This document shows, in pieces, positions 27,796 to 36,972 of a stretch of DNA of 64,000 bases. The DNA lies in the IMG/VR virus record IMGVR_UViG_3300035698_024184, positions 816 through 64,815 of that record. One strand, given 5' to 3'. This stretch comes from a virus (lineage: Duplodnaviria > Caudoviricetes). The position numbers and the translations under genes were made by a program. The notes under the pieces were generated by a model. That model was not told the DNA's origin and did no database searches. It saw nothing but the letters and a program-made list of their open reading frames with translations. The stretch's first letter is position 1. Every line of letters starts with the position of its first letter.

Positions 27796-28182
27796 TTAAA
27801 TATCAGCTTTTTTTGGATAATCACAAGTAGAACAACTAATTCCATTAAATGTAGGACGACCACAAGCTCGACAAATTTGATTATAATTTGCCTGCTGAGG
27901 AACCATATTCCCTTCACTATCTATTTGACTATTACCTAAATTAACCATACGTCTACTTCTTTGTTTAGTATCTATTCCAGCTTTACGAGCTTCTACAATT
28001 CTATTTTGTTCTGCTACAACTTGAGAAATCGCGTCAGTTTCCGCAGTATTTCCAGCAACTTTAGCTTTTTCAACTATTTGTTGTGTTTCATATTTTGAAG
28101 AATCAACTACAGGAACTTGAATTGTGGATACTTGAATTGAATCTTTTTTATTACCTGTCTTTTTTCGATGAATAACTGCCAC
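27796..28182 (-). CDS. Hypothetical protein with C-terminal Zn-ribbon
   Basis: CRACG...CSTC. Confidence 0.65.
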   Translation of the reverse strand: MAVIHRKKTGNKKDSIQVSTIQVPVVDSSKYETQQIVEKAKVAGNTAETDAISQVVAEQNRIVEARKAGIDTKQRSRRMVNLGNSQIDSEGNMVPQQANYNQICRACGRPTFNGISCSTCDYPKKADI

Positions 28183-28216
28183 ATTTAACTCCGTTCTTTT
28201 TAATTTTTTATAAAAA

Positions 28217-28289
28217 TAGCAGGGGTCGGAATCGAACCGACCTAACCAAGGTTATGAACCTCGTGAATTCACCAGAATTCTACCCTGCG
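28217..28289 (-). tRNA. tRNA-Met(CAT), initiator-like
   Basis: Cloverleaf CGCAGGG/CCCTGCT with unpaired 1:72, A11:U24, loop TT-CAT-AA, T-loop TTCGATT; no encoded CCA. Confidence 0.93.
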
Positions 28290-28326
28290 ACCTTCAGGTT
28301 GTGATCCTGTTTATCTCGCTACTCTT

Positions 28327-28354
28327 ATAATAACAGATATGCTACACTTGTCAA
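28327..28354 (-). promoter_or_regulatory. sigma70-type promoter for the tRNA
   Basis: TTGACA-16 bp-TATTAT with TGn. Confidence 0.7.
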
Positions 28355-28368
28355 CATAAAAACAAATT

Positions 28369-28572
28369 TTATTTTATTAAATATTCTAATCCTACTAATC
28401 TAATAGCATTAACTAATGCTTCTTTTGAATTATACCCCTCACTTGTTGTCCAGATAATCTTATGATTACCTTGACTTTTTATTCTAGCCCTATAACACCC
28501 TCTAACATCAGTATAAACTTGAATATATACACTTTTACTAGAATTTAACTTTGAACACAACCATTTAAACAT
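28369..28572 (-). CDS. YegP/DUF1508-family protein
   Basis: D.RG.YR.RIKS.GN.KII..SEGY.SK....NAI motif. Confidence 0.75.
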   Translation of the reverse strand: MFKWLCSKLNSSKSVYIQVYTDVRGCYRARIKSQGNHKIIWTTSEGYNSKEALVNAIRLVGLEYLIK

Positions 28573-28575
28573 AAC

Positions 28576-29559
28576 TTACCCTTTCAAATGAATTAACACT
28601 TTATCTAAAGTACACTCTTTTTCACCAATATCAGGTCGCCATCGTATAAACCTAGGATGTCGAATACTAAAACAACCATTTTTCTTTTCATTAACTTCTT
28701 GACCTCGAATTTCAAAACATTCAAACAATAGATTCTCTTTATTCTGAGTAATATATGTCCTTATATTATCATCCATTCCAGAACATTTTCCTAATTCTAT
28801 CACTAAATCTTTATCATAAACTCCAAATTTTATAGCACCTACTAATCCCTCATATTTACCTTTTTTAGCTGGCATAAAACCAATACAAAATACATCTAAA
28901 TCACACACTTGTTTAGCTTTATACCATCCTTTTCCATAAACTGCCTTAGAATCCTTTATCATTCCACCTTCATATCCTTCATCCATCATCCCTCTACAAA
29001 TACCCAACAACCCTTCCGAATGATCGAATTCTGTATACTGAGTAGATACATGGAAATGCCCATAAGCCTTTTCATCAATAATTTGTAGTTCCTCATAGAA
29101 TTTCTCTAAATATTTTCGCCTCTCAAATTCAGGAAAGCCTCTTAAATCACACCCCTTAAAGAAAAGAATGTCAAACATTACCCAATGTAAAAATCCAAAC
29201 TTTTTCTGCCGTTCAACTGCCTTTTCAGCAGAACATCCCATTATTGTAGTTACATCTTTAGAAGATTTCTTTTCACCTGCAATAATTTCACCCTCAACAA
29301 TAGTACCAATCCAATTTGATAAATCTAATCCAGTAATATGAGATACTCGATCTGTTTTTTCAACAAATTCATTTGTAATAACAGAAACCCTACGACTTTG
29401 TAGGACATTTGTTTCCCCAATAATTAGTCGATATCTAGCTCCATCATATTTTAATTCAACTAGCATATCGGGATTTTTCCATATCTTTGAATCTAACTGG
29501 TCAATACTACCACCCTTAGCTTTAGCAAAAGCTAATTTTTGTGTATCAATAATTAACAT
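28576..29559 (-). CDS. ATP-dependent DNA ligase
   Basis: KYDGAR, EGE, FDIL, EGGMIK, W.K.K, RHPRF..WR.D. Confidence 0.92.
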   Translation of the reverse strand: MLIIDTQKLAFAKAKGGSIDQLDSKIWKNPDMLVELKYDGARYRLIIGETNVLQSRRVSVITNEFVEKTDRVSHITGLDLSNWIGTIVEGEIIAGEKKSSKDVTTIMGCSAEKAVERQKKFGFLHWVMFDILFFKGCDLRGFPEFERRKYLEKFYEELQIIDEKAYGHFHVSTQYTEFDHSEGLLGICRGMMDEGYEGGMIKDSKAVYGKGWYKAKQVCDLDVFCIGFMPAKKGKYEGLVGAIKFGVYDKDLVIELGKCSGMDDNIRTYITQNKENLLFECFEIRGQEVNEKKNGCFSIRHPRFIRWRPDIGEKECTLDKVLIHLKG

Positions 29560-29569
29560 TTTCTACCTT

Positions 29570-30496
29570 TCATATCTTTATAGTATACAAACTCTTTAAA
29601 TTACGAAATTTATTTCCCAATCCCATTCCACAACCAATAATAAATGCCTCTACTGGTACTTTCCATCCCGCCCATTTTTGCTCCTTATTTTTTCTAACCA
29701 AAGAACAAACTTGTATATCCTCAGAGGAAAGTATAGACCTAATAAACTCAATTGTATTTCCTGTATCTACAATATCATCCAATATTAAAACAGCATCATT
29801 TTTATCTACCTCTAAATCTAATGGATAAGTTAATTCAGGAGTTTTAATTGCCTGAACATCTTTTTCATAAGATGAAACACCTATAAACCCATAATCAAAT
29901 TCAAATTTAAAATATTCCATTATCTTAAATGCAAACCAAACTCCTCCTTTTAATGGAATTATAATTTTTACAGGCTGTTTTATATTACCATAACAAATAT
30001 TTATATATTCACTTAATTTTTTAATACGATCTTCCACTTCACGTGCAGTTTTAAATAACTCTAAATTAGAAATATTTTCTTTTTTTGGATGATAATGCCC
30101 ACCATCATCAACTTTCATACCACCGTCTAAAATTAATACTTCATCTACAGCTTTCTTCCAATCACCCCTATATCCAACTCCACGATCATCAATATAAGCA
30201 ATCGCCACAGGCTTATCAGCCTCAATAATACCAGTATAAGGTAACTGATGTTCTTTCATAAATTCTTTAATTATATCTACATGCTTTTTATTAATCGTTC
30301 CCCAATAAGTAGAATTTCGACAAGAATGAATCCAAATTTCAAATCCAGCCTTAATTAATCTCTCCAATCCTTCTTTAACTCCTGGTTCTAAAGAACCAAC
30401 ATCAGGAAATTTATGCTGACATATTGTACCATCAAAATCAATACAAACTACTTTACTCATTATACTAACTCCGTTTGACACTGTTTTTGTAACCAA
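29570..30496 (-). CDS. Fusion: HAD phosphatase + type I purine phosphoribosyltransferase (HGPRT-like)
   Basis: DFDGT...KP....YIDD; then LKGG, SSY, LILDDIVDTGNT, FIIG.GM...FRNL. Confidence 0.85.
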   Translation of the reverse strand: MVTKTVSNGVSIMSKVVCIDFDGTICQHKFPDVGSLEPGVKEGLERLIKAGFEIWIHSCRNSTYWGTINKKHVDIIKEFMKEHQLPYTGIIEADKPVAIAYIDDRGVGYRGDWKKAVDEVLILDGGMKVDDGGHYHPKKENISNLELFKTAREVEDRIKKLSEYINICYGNIKQPVKIIIPLKGGVWFAFKIMEYFKFEFDYGFIGVSSYEKDVQAIKTPELTYPLDLEVDKNDAVLILDDIVDTGNTIEFIRSILSSEDIQVCSLVRKNKEQKWAGWKVPVEAFIIGCGMGLGNKFRNLKSLYTIKI

Positions 30497-32217
30497 TGTG
30501 ATACCATATCACAAATTTTTCCTTCACCAATTCGTTGCTCTACAGTATAATCCTTAGTACCCAATAACAAATGAGATAACTCATGGCTAATAACAGAAGA
30601 ATAACGAAACAACCATTGAAAATCTTCCATAATAGGAACAAACCCTTGAGAATCCACAGGAATAGCAGGAATTAAATTCCAATCAATAAACTTTCTATTA
30701 ATATAAATACGCTTATCACATACCATCATAATAATATTATCTATTTTCTTTTTATTTTTTATTTGTTTTTCTGAACAACTAACATTTAAACTAATAGTAT
30801 TTGTAATATCTCCAACTACAATTTGATCTATATCATATTCACATTTAGCTAATTCTTTAATTACTGTCTTAAAAAATTCACATATTCGATTTTCTCGATC
30901 ATTTAATGGCCCTCGATTACTAATAGTCAACTTTTCTTTTGGAACTCGAATATCACTTATATCAATTCCTTTTGGATGGTTTTTTAATAATTTTCTCTGA
31001 ACATCACCAGAAATAATAATAACATCATATCCTAATTCTCGTAATAAACTTACTTTAAATAATTGACTAGAAATATAATAATCTAATCCAAATATAAATA
31101 TATCCTTCTTCATTAAATCATCCCAAGTATACTCACTAGTATCATCTATATTAAAAATATTTATTTCTTGAGATAAAGTGTGTAATATATCTTTTTGACT
31201 CATCAATCCAATATCCAAATTAGAATCTTCATTCTTTCCAGCCATTTCATCATATACTTTATTAAATCCTGATTTAAGCCCAAATTTTACTAATTTTTGT
31301 AACTCTTCTTCAGTTAAATATCTATCCTAAGTTTCTAACCATCGAGAAATAGATTTCGAACTTCCTTCTTTTAATACTTTTTTACATAATAGTACTGCTT
31401 CCGTATGGATATGCCGCAACAACCCCTCATAAGCATAATTTTGAATAAATTCCTTTCTATCAGGACATCTTAATCGAACTAACTTATCTGTTATATGAAT
31501 AATGCCCTCTAATTTATACCCTGTTAGTTCTTTTACATATCTATATTGATAATATAACTTTATGCTACCATATACAGCGGGTGTTATAGCTCCCACTCCC
31601 CAATCAGTTTTAAAATTATATTGAATTTTAGTTTCATTACCATAAAATGCTGGTATAGAATCATGCCAATTTTTAATTTCTAAAAGCTTATAATCTTCTT
31701 CCATTTCACGATAATATACCTTAAAAGGCACATATTTAGCTAACATATATACGCGATCACGAAATTTATAAACCTCAAAATTTTCTTTTAAACAACTTAA
31801 TATTAAAACAAAACCCTTTGAAACTTTACCTTCACTTTCATTAACAACATCTAATCGTTGTTCCTCAAACATTTTAGCCACATCAAATTCTGCTTTTCGA
31901 TTTTTACTTTCCACAGTAATAAAATCAGAAATACACATTCCAGAAAAGAAACCCATTCCAAATGGGTTCTCTTCTTCAACTTCCTTTCCCCAATCAGAAC
32001 GACTCTGAATAAACAATACACTTAGATCATCACAACCACATCCATCATCATAAAAACGAACATGTTCCTTTGTTAACTCAACATACAATTCAGTTGCTTT
32101 AGCACGTTGAGCATTCTGAAACGCTTCATCAACAAATGAATACGGATCTGCAAACGTATCTAAAGTATTTTTCATATGTTTCAAAACATCCACTGACACT
32201 TCAATTTTTCTCATCAC
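30460..32217 (-). CDS. GHKL (HSP90-like) ATPase fused to a C-terminal HExxH domain; one in-frame TAG at 31327-31329
   Basis: E..QNA.RA, DDGCG, FGMGF.S; WLET*DRYL continues in frame into ORF 30460..31245 containing ISHELSH. Confidence 0.75.
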
Positions 32218-32229
32218 AATACTCTATTA

Positions 32230-32886
32230 TTAAATAGTGTTATCAATACAATCTAAACTCAAAATATTAAATTCTACATCCTTTTTAATAGGAAATCCTC
32301 TTAAATATTTTACAAACTGGGATACCATTATTCCCGCCACAATATTTGCACAATATATAGTACTTTTCGCTGTACAAGGAGCCTCATAAGCATCTTCTTT
32401 TTTAAATAAGGTGTTAGAATAAAAAGGCTCGTCATTTACCACCGTAAGTACTCGACATATTTCTGCTGCCATACGTCCATCACACCAAAATGGTAAAAGT
32501 CCTCCAATCTCACCCCAAATTTGTGCTCTTGTTTCAATAGAGTCCACACAACAAAATACTCTATCATTAAACTCTATTTTGTCCATTGAAAATGGTATTT
32601 CAAAAGTTTGAATACAACAATTAGGATTAAATTGACTACACATCTCTTTTGTCGCATGAGTTTTATATTTATCTAAATCTTCAACCTTATATCCTTGTGG
32701 ACCTAAATTTTCAACATTTACTTTATCAAAATCAACTAATTGAATTTTATCCACCCCCATTATAACCAATTGTAAAGCAACTTGTCGCCCAATAGCACCA
32801 ACTCCAATAATAGTAACACTATTAGTCTGTAATTGTTCTTGTGTTACTAATCCCGAATACCTAGAACCTCTATCTAGCATATCCAA
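32230..32886 (-). CDS. ThiF/E1-family ubiquitin-like activating enzyme
   Basis: RYS, IIGVGAIG, DFDKV...NL..Q, K, CVD...R, DGR, candidate catalytic Cys in APCTAKST. Confidence 0.92.
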   Translation of the reverse strand: MDMLDRGSRYSGLVTQEQLQTNSVTIIGVGAIGRQVALQLVIMGVDKIQLVDFDKVNVENLGPQGYKVEDLDKYKTHATKEMCSQFNPNCCIQTFEIPFSMDKIEFNDRVFCCVDSIETRAQIWGEIGGLLPFWCDGRMAAEICRVLTVVNDEPFYSNTLFKKEDAYEAPCTAKSTIYCANIVAGIMVSQFVKYLRGFPIKKDVEFNILSLDCIDNTI

Positions 32887-33685
32887 CTCCTTGTTCTCTC
32901 CGAAATTCTCTATACCAATATGCTTTTGATGCCCGATCTAATCCATTAAAATCAATCATCAACTCATTTAAATATATATGAAACACTTCATCTTCTTCCC
33001 ACATTAGTTCATCGTTAATAGTACCTAAATTACTTTGAAAATTACCGCAAAAATTCGGAACACCCCCATTAAGATAAGAATAATTAGTAACGTTTGATTC
33101 AACATTTTCTTCAAATTCTTGATCCCAAACCACTTTATCTATAGAACCAGTAATCTCTTTAGTTATTTTTATTGGAATACAAAAATCTTTCTGTAACGAA
33201 GAATTTATTTTCAAACGACAATACCCTCTCTTTAACTCATCATTTAAAATACACATAACCGCCCAATCTGATTTTCCAAAAACACGTTTAAATGTTTCTT
33301 CATCAATAAAACTAGGATTAGTATTCATACCAGGATGAGTATGTATCCAAATTCGACTTATTTGACAAATTTGTCTACCCTCAGATATTTGTTGAGCATA
33401 AAAATCAGCAATAGCCTCATCATCAAACTTAATTGAAGACAAACCAACTTCTTGTTTTACAATAGCTATATCTTTAACATATAACACATCTTTAATATCA
33501 GTAATACCAAAACCACTAACTTCATTAGGGCTTTTATTATACATATACATCATTTTAGCCCAAGCACTTTTACTAAATCGCAAAACTGGAGGTTGTAATT
33601 TAAATAATGGCTTACTTTTAATATTAAAATTTTTATACTCACGTATCTTATTTATCACATTCTTCTTAATCATTTTTAACTCCAA
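32870..33685 (-). CDS. JAB/MPN+ metallo-isopeptidase
   Basis: NEVSGFG catalytic Glu; WIHTHPG...PS..D. Confidence 0.88.
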   Translation of the reverse strand: MELKMIKKNVINKIREYKNFNIKSKPLFKLQPPVLRFSKSAWAKMMYMYNKSPNEVSGFGITDIKDVLYVKDIAIVKQEVGLSSIKFDDEAIADFYAQQISEGRQICQISRIWIHTHPGMNTNPSFIDEETFKRVFGKSDWAVMCILNDELKRGYCRLKINSSLQKDFCIPIKITKEITGSIDKVVWDQEFEENVESNVTNYSYLNGGVPNFCGNFQSNLGTINDELMWEEDEVFHIYLNELMIDFNGLDRASKAYWYREFRREQGVGYAR

Positions 33686-33687
33686 AT

Positions 33688-34389
33688 TTAATCAATATAT
33701 TTCCCTAAAGAACTATAATTAGAATAACTCCTATGACCATTAGTACTATATGTTTGTAACATCAATTCTAAAGCAATTATAAAACTATCAAATTGTAACT
33801 CTCTTAAATTCTTCTGTATCATCGCACTACTATATCCAAAACACACCTCTCCGTCTGAATCCGTAAAAGGATGACAACAAAAAGAAGTATTATGTTTTTG
33901 TGAAAATAAAGTTACCCCCCCGATAAATAAATTTCGTACCTCAATAAAAACGTCAAAAACTCCAAAATTAATTTGCCTATCTTCACCCCTAAATACAATA
34001 TCACTCGTTTCAAAAATCATTTTCTTTTCAGAAAATCGAACAACATGACTTTTACGAAGTAACATCAAACTATCAACAAAACGTGTCTTATTTGGAAAAA
34101 TAGCTTGACATTTTTGAAAAACTGGTTTAAATTGGTCAAAATAACAATTTTTCTCGAATTTTATTAATTGCATAAGACAAGATTGAAGTTTTGTCAAAGT
34201 TTTTACTTCTTCTATCTTTCCAATGCCCTTTTTAAACTTTTCCAATAACATCAAATTATGCTCTATATCTACTTTCTGCTCAAATTGTATCCGAAAATAC
34301 CTACTATAAGCGAAACAAAGTCCATTCCAATTTCTTTCAACAAAATCTTCACAATTTTTTCGATTAGTAACAACTACTCCTTGACTCAT
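33688..34389 (-). CDS. E2-like ubiquitin-conjugating domain protein (start revised to MSQGVV)
   Basis: C-terminal FG.F...I...HPF....GEVCFG matching E2 HPx...G.VC; GGAG SD; lies between Ubl and JAB. Confidence 0.68.
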   Translation of the reverse strand: MSQGVVVTNRKNCEDFVERNWNGLCFAYSRYFRIQFEQKVDIEHNLMLLEKFKKGIGKIEEVKTLTKLQSCLMQLIKFEKNCYFDQFKPVFQKCQAIFPNKTRFVDSLMLLRKSHVVRFSEKKMIFETSDIVFRGEDRQINFGVFDVFIEVRNLFIGGVTLFSQKHNTSFCCHPFTDSDGEVCFGYSSAMIQKNLRELQFDSFIIALELMLQTYSTNGHRSYSNYSSLGKYID

Positions 34390-34399
34390 TATATTACTC

Positions 34400-34447
34400 C
34401 AAAATAAAACAAGTATAGTAGATAGATTTAACACTATCTACTATACT
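34400..34447 (-). terminator. Terminator-like hairpin between Ubl and E2
   Basis: Perfect 14-bp IR 34412-34425/34434-34447 followed by TGTTTTATTTT on the minus strand. Confidence 0.65.
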
Positions 34448-34458
34448 CTTCCTTTTTA

Positions 34459-34674
34459 TTAACCACCATCAATATCTTTAGGTGAACATACAACACAATC
34501 CTTATCTTTCAAAATTGCAGTTGCAATAACAGGCCTACCATTTACACGAATCACAAAACGAATATGCGACTCACCAATTTGAGCTTCTAAAAAAGCATTA
34601 ACAGTAGTTCTTGCCTTAATAGTAACTTCCTCAGCATACCCTGTTCCATCATTATTAATATACGTTACTTTCAT
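34459..34674 (-). CDS. Ubiquitin-like beta-grasp protein ending in Gly-Gly
   Basis: 71 aa; T.V..FL, IRVNG......LKD.D.V...P..IDGG-stop. Confidence 0.88.
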   Translation of the reverse strand: MKVTYINNDGTGYAEEVTIKARTTVNAFLEAQIGESHIRFVIRVNGRPVIATAILKDKDCVVCSPKDIDGG

Positions 34675-34774
34675 CTATAAACTCCAATTAAATTCTACAA
34701 TTTTACTACATATTATCACAATTACTACTACCTTTTTTATTATATTATTATTATTTCATTATACACAAACCTTT

Positions 34775-35344
34775 CTACACATTACCATATGTAAACATAC
34801 CTCTAACTTGATCGTAAGCACCAACTCTTGCCGCAAATTCAACAATACCATTTAAAACACAAAAAACATAATATTTATATTTTACTATAACACAATCTTG
34901 ATATTCATCTCCAACTTTTAACTTTTGATTAATACGAATACTAATCAAAGATTCTTCCATACCCTCATCAATTAACTCAATCGCTTCTTCAATAGAATAC
35001 CCCTGTAAACTTTTCACCCAATTTTTAAATTTATCTGATTCAACAGATATAGGAATCCCTCCCTCTTGTACATCATATAAAACATTTAATAATTCTGCTA
35101 CTTCATATACAGATACAGAAGTACCTGGATACATATACAAAGGAGCCTTATTACCTTCCAATTCAAGATAAGACCCATAAATATAATAATTATGAGCTAA
35201 TCGTACCCCTTCAATGATATCTACATCATCAATAACTTTTTGAAATGAACTTAAAAACCAATGTAATCCTTTAATAGTTTCCCAATCAAGACTTGTTCTA
35301 TGCTTTTTACCAATCATCATAATACTCCATTTAACTAATGACAA
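34775..35344 (-). CDS. Hypothetical protein
   Basis: 189 aa ORF. Confidence 0.65.
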   Translation of the reverse strand: MSLVKWSIMMIGKKHRTSLDWETIKGLHWFLSSFQKVIDDVDIIEGVRLAHNYYIYGSYLELEGNKAPLYMYPGTSVSVYEVAELLNVLYDVQEGGIPISVESDKFKNWVKSLQGYSIEEAIELIDEGMEESLISIRINQKLKVGDEYQDCVIVKYKYYVFCVLNGIVEFAARVGAYDQVRGMFTYGNV

Positions 35345-35359
35345 ATAACACTTAATAAA

Positions 35360-36268
35360 TTAAAAAATATCTGGTTTTAACTGTTTTATTTTTTGATAGC
35401 ATAATTTCTGTAATAAATTAAACTTTATTTCAGGGTTCCTGAACTTTTTAACAAAATTCCAACATTCCTCTGATACCAAATCATGGTAAACTGTATGTAG
35501 CAGGCGGAGTATATGCTTGCTCTCCCACCCTCCGGTTGTATTGACTATCTTAACATAGGTTTTTTCTACCAATGCTCCAGTACAATAACAATTAACAATA
35601 TCCTGTTCTGTTGTTTTTCCACCTTGCATCTTCGGAGCACCCATTGTTTTATCATGTAATTCCTGAAATTCAGACTTTACTATTTTTGCCCATGTTTGTC
35701 GTCCATACTTATTATAATAGTCGTAATTTTTAATTACTACACCTTCGCCTGTTCCCTGTCCGTCCTGTATAAGAAAAACATTTCTCTCTAATTGATGATA
35801 AAATTGCTCTTCAGTACCATTTTGAAAACTGCATAAAACAGGAATAAAATCAAGATTAAACTCTTCTAATAATTGCTTATAAACACTATAAGGAATATAT
35901 TCTAAACTCCTATTATTAACATTTATATCAAGAGTAACATCGAATATATAAAATTTATTCCAAGTATCATCTCTATAAGTTTTAAGGCTATGTCTAACTA
36001 AAAACTCACCAAATAACCTATGTGTCGGGTGTTTCTGTAGATATTCTTTTATGTTTTTCTGTTGTTGTATATAAGTCTTAAAACCAATATTGTCAAGATT
36101 GTCAATTAAATGCCTTGTCCGACTGCCACATTGTACTTCACCCTGGTCCAGCCAAACAGAGCCATTGGTTCCATCTATTTTCGGCATCAATACACATTCC
36201 CCTATTTCTATACCCTCTACCTCAGAAGTCCCCCATCTTTCTATATGTTGATATTTAGCAAACTCCAC
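35360..36268 (-). CDS. RNA ligase-family (Rnl2-like) nucleotidyltransferase
   Basis: KY.HIER, PKIDGTN, GSR, FGE, FYIFDV, EGVVIK, AK; no OB domain. Confidence 0.8.
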   Translation of the reverse strand: MEFAKYQHIERWGTSEVEGIEIGECVLMPKIDGTNGSVWLDQGEVQCGSRTRHLIDNLDNIGFKTYIQQQKNIKEYLQKHPTHRLFGEFLVRHSLKTYRDDTWNKFYIFDVTLDINVNNRSLEYIPYSVYKQLLEEFNLDFIPVLCSFQNGTEEQFYHQLERNVFLIQDGQGTGEGVVIKNYDYYNKYGRQTWAKIVKSEFQELHDKTMGAPKMQGGKTTEQDIVNCYCTGALVEKTYVKIVNTTGGWESKHILRLLHTVYHDLVSEECWNFVKKFRNPEIKFNLLQKLCYQKIKQLKPDIF

Positions 36269-36313
36269 ATTATACCTTTCATATTAAAAATTACAATTTT
36301 TATCAAGCATAAA

Positions 36314-36523
36314 TTATCCATATATTTTTGCTTTTTCTAACTTTCTTATTAGTATTTCTTTAGCTTGAGGCCAACTTCCATCAAAAATACTTTCATAATA
36401 ACATTTATCAAAATCAGCATTAAGCCATAAATTTGAAAATTCTTTAAGAATTTCTTTAACTAACTCTATATCATCACTTTCAAGAGCTTCTTTTCTTAAA
36501 TCAAATAATTTACAAAAATTCAT
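36314..36523 (-). CDS. Hypothetical protein
   Basis: 69 aa ORF. Confidence 0.65.
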   Translation of the reverse strand: MNFCKLFDLRKEALESDDIELVKEILKEFSNLWLNADFDKCYYESIFDGSWPQAKEILIRKLEKAKIYG

Positions 36524-36563
36524 ATTATATCTTTCATATTAAAATAATTTCAATACATAATAG

Positions 36564-36624
36564 TATCATTAAATACAATTATAACATATCTTCAAAAATT
36601 CACAAGTAAAAATTAAATTATTTT
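36564..36624 (-). promoter_or_regulatory. Promoter module, 61-bp exact repeat of 12225-12285
   Basis: Identical sequence; TTGTGA-16 bp-TATAAT. Confidence 0.8.
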
Positions 36625-36972
36625 CAACAACTTTTCAAAAAAAGCTAAAGAAATAATTGCAACTTGATTACCTGTTTGTTCAAATTGTATAATAAACACA
36701 GGTTCTTTTAAAGAATCTGTTGCTTCCTGCTCAATCTTTTGTAACATATTTTCACTAACACGAAATGAACTAAAAGAAGTTGTCTTCGCTTCACATATAC
36801 ATTCCCCAAAATGTACATCACCCTTCATTCCTAATGCTCCAGAAGCAGGTGTTCGTTTACCATTAAATCTATTAGCTAATTCATTTTCTTGTTTTAAACT
36901 CCGTTTTTTAATAGTTTCAATATTACCCCTCGGAACTGGCCTCTTCGGAACATGCTGTTTCGGTCTTGGCAT
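36613..36972 (-). CDS. Holliday junction resolvase-like PD-(D/E)xK nuclease
   Basis: QE..LA...G..TP.SGA...KGDV......EAK.T. Confidence 0.75.
   Translation of the reverse strand: MPRPKQHVPKRPVPRGNIETIKKRSLKQENELANRFNGKRTPASGALGMKGDVHFGECICEAKTTSFSSFRVSENMLQKIEQEATDSLKEPVFIIQFEQTGNQVAIISLAFFEKLLKII

Noticed and set aside
32230-34674. Thiamine/molybdopterin sulfur-relay operon (ThiS/ThiF, MoaD/MoeB)
   Set aside because: No ThiG, MoaE, rhodanese or desulfurase nearby; the E2-like and JAB genes fit conjugation better, although this is unproven.
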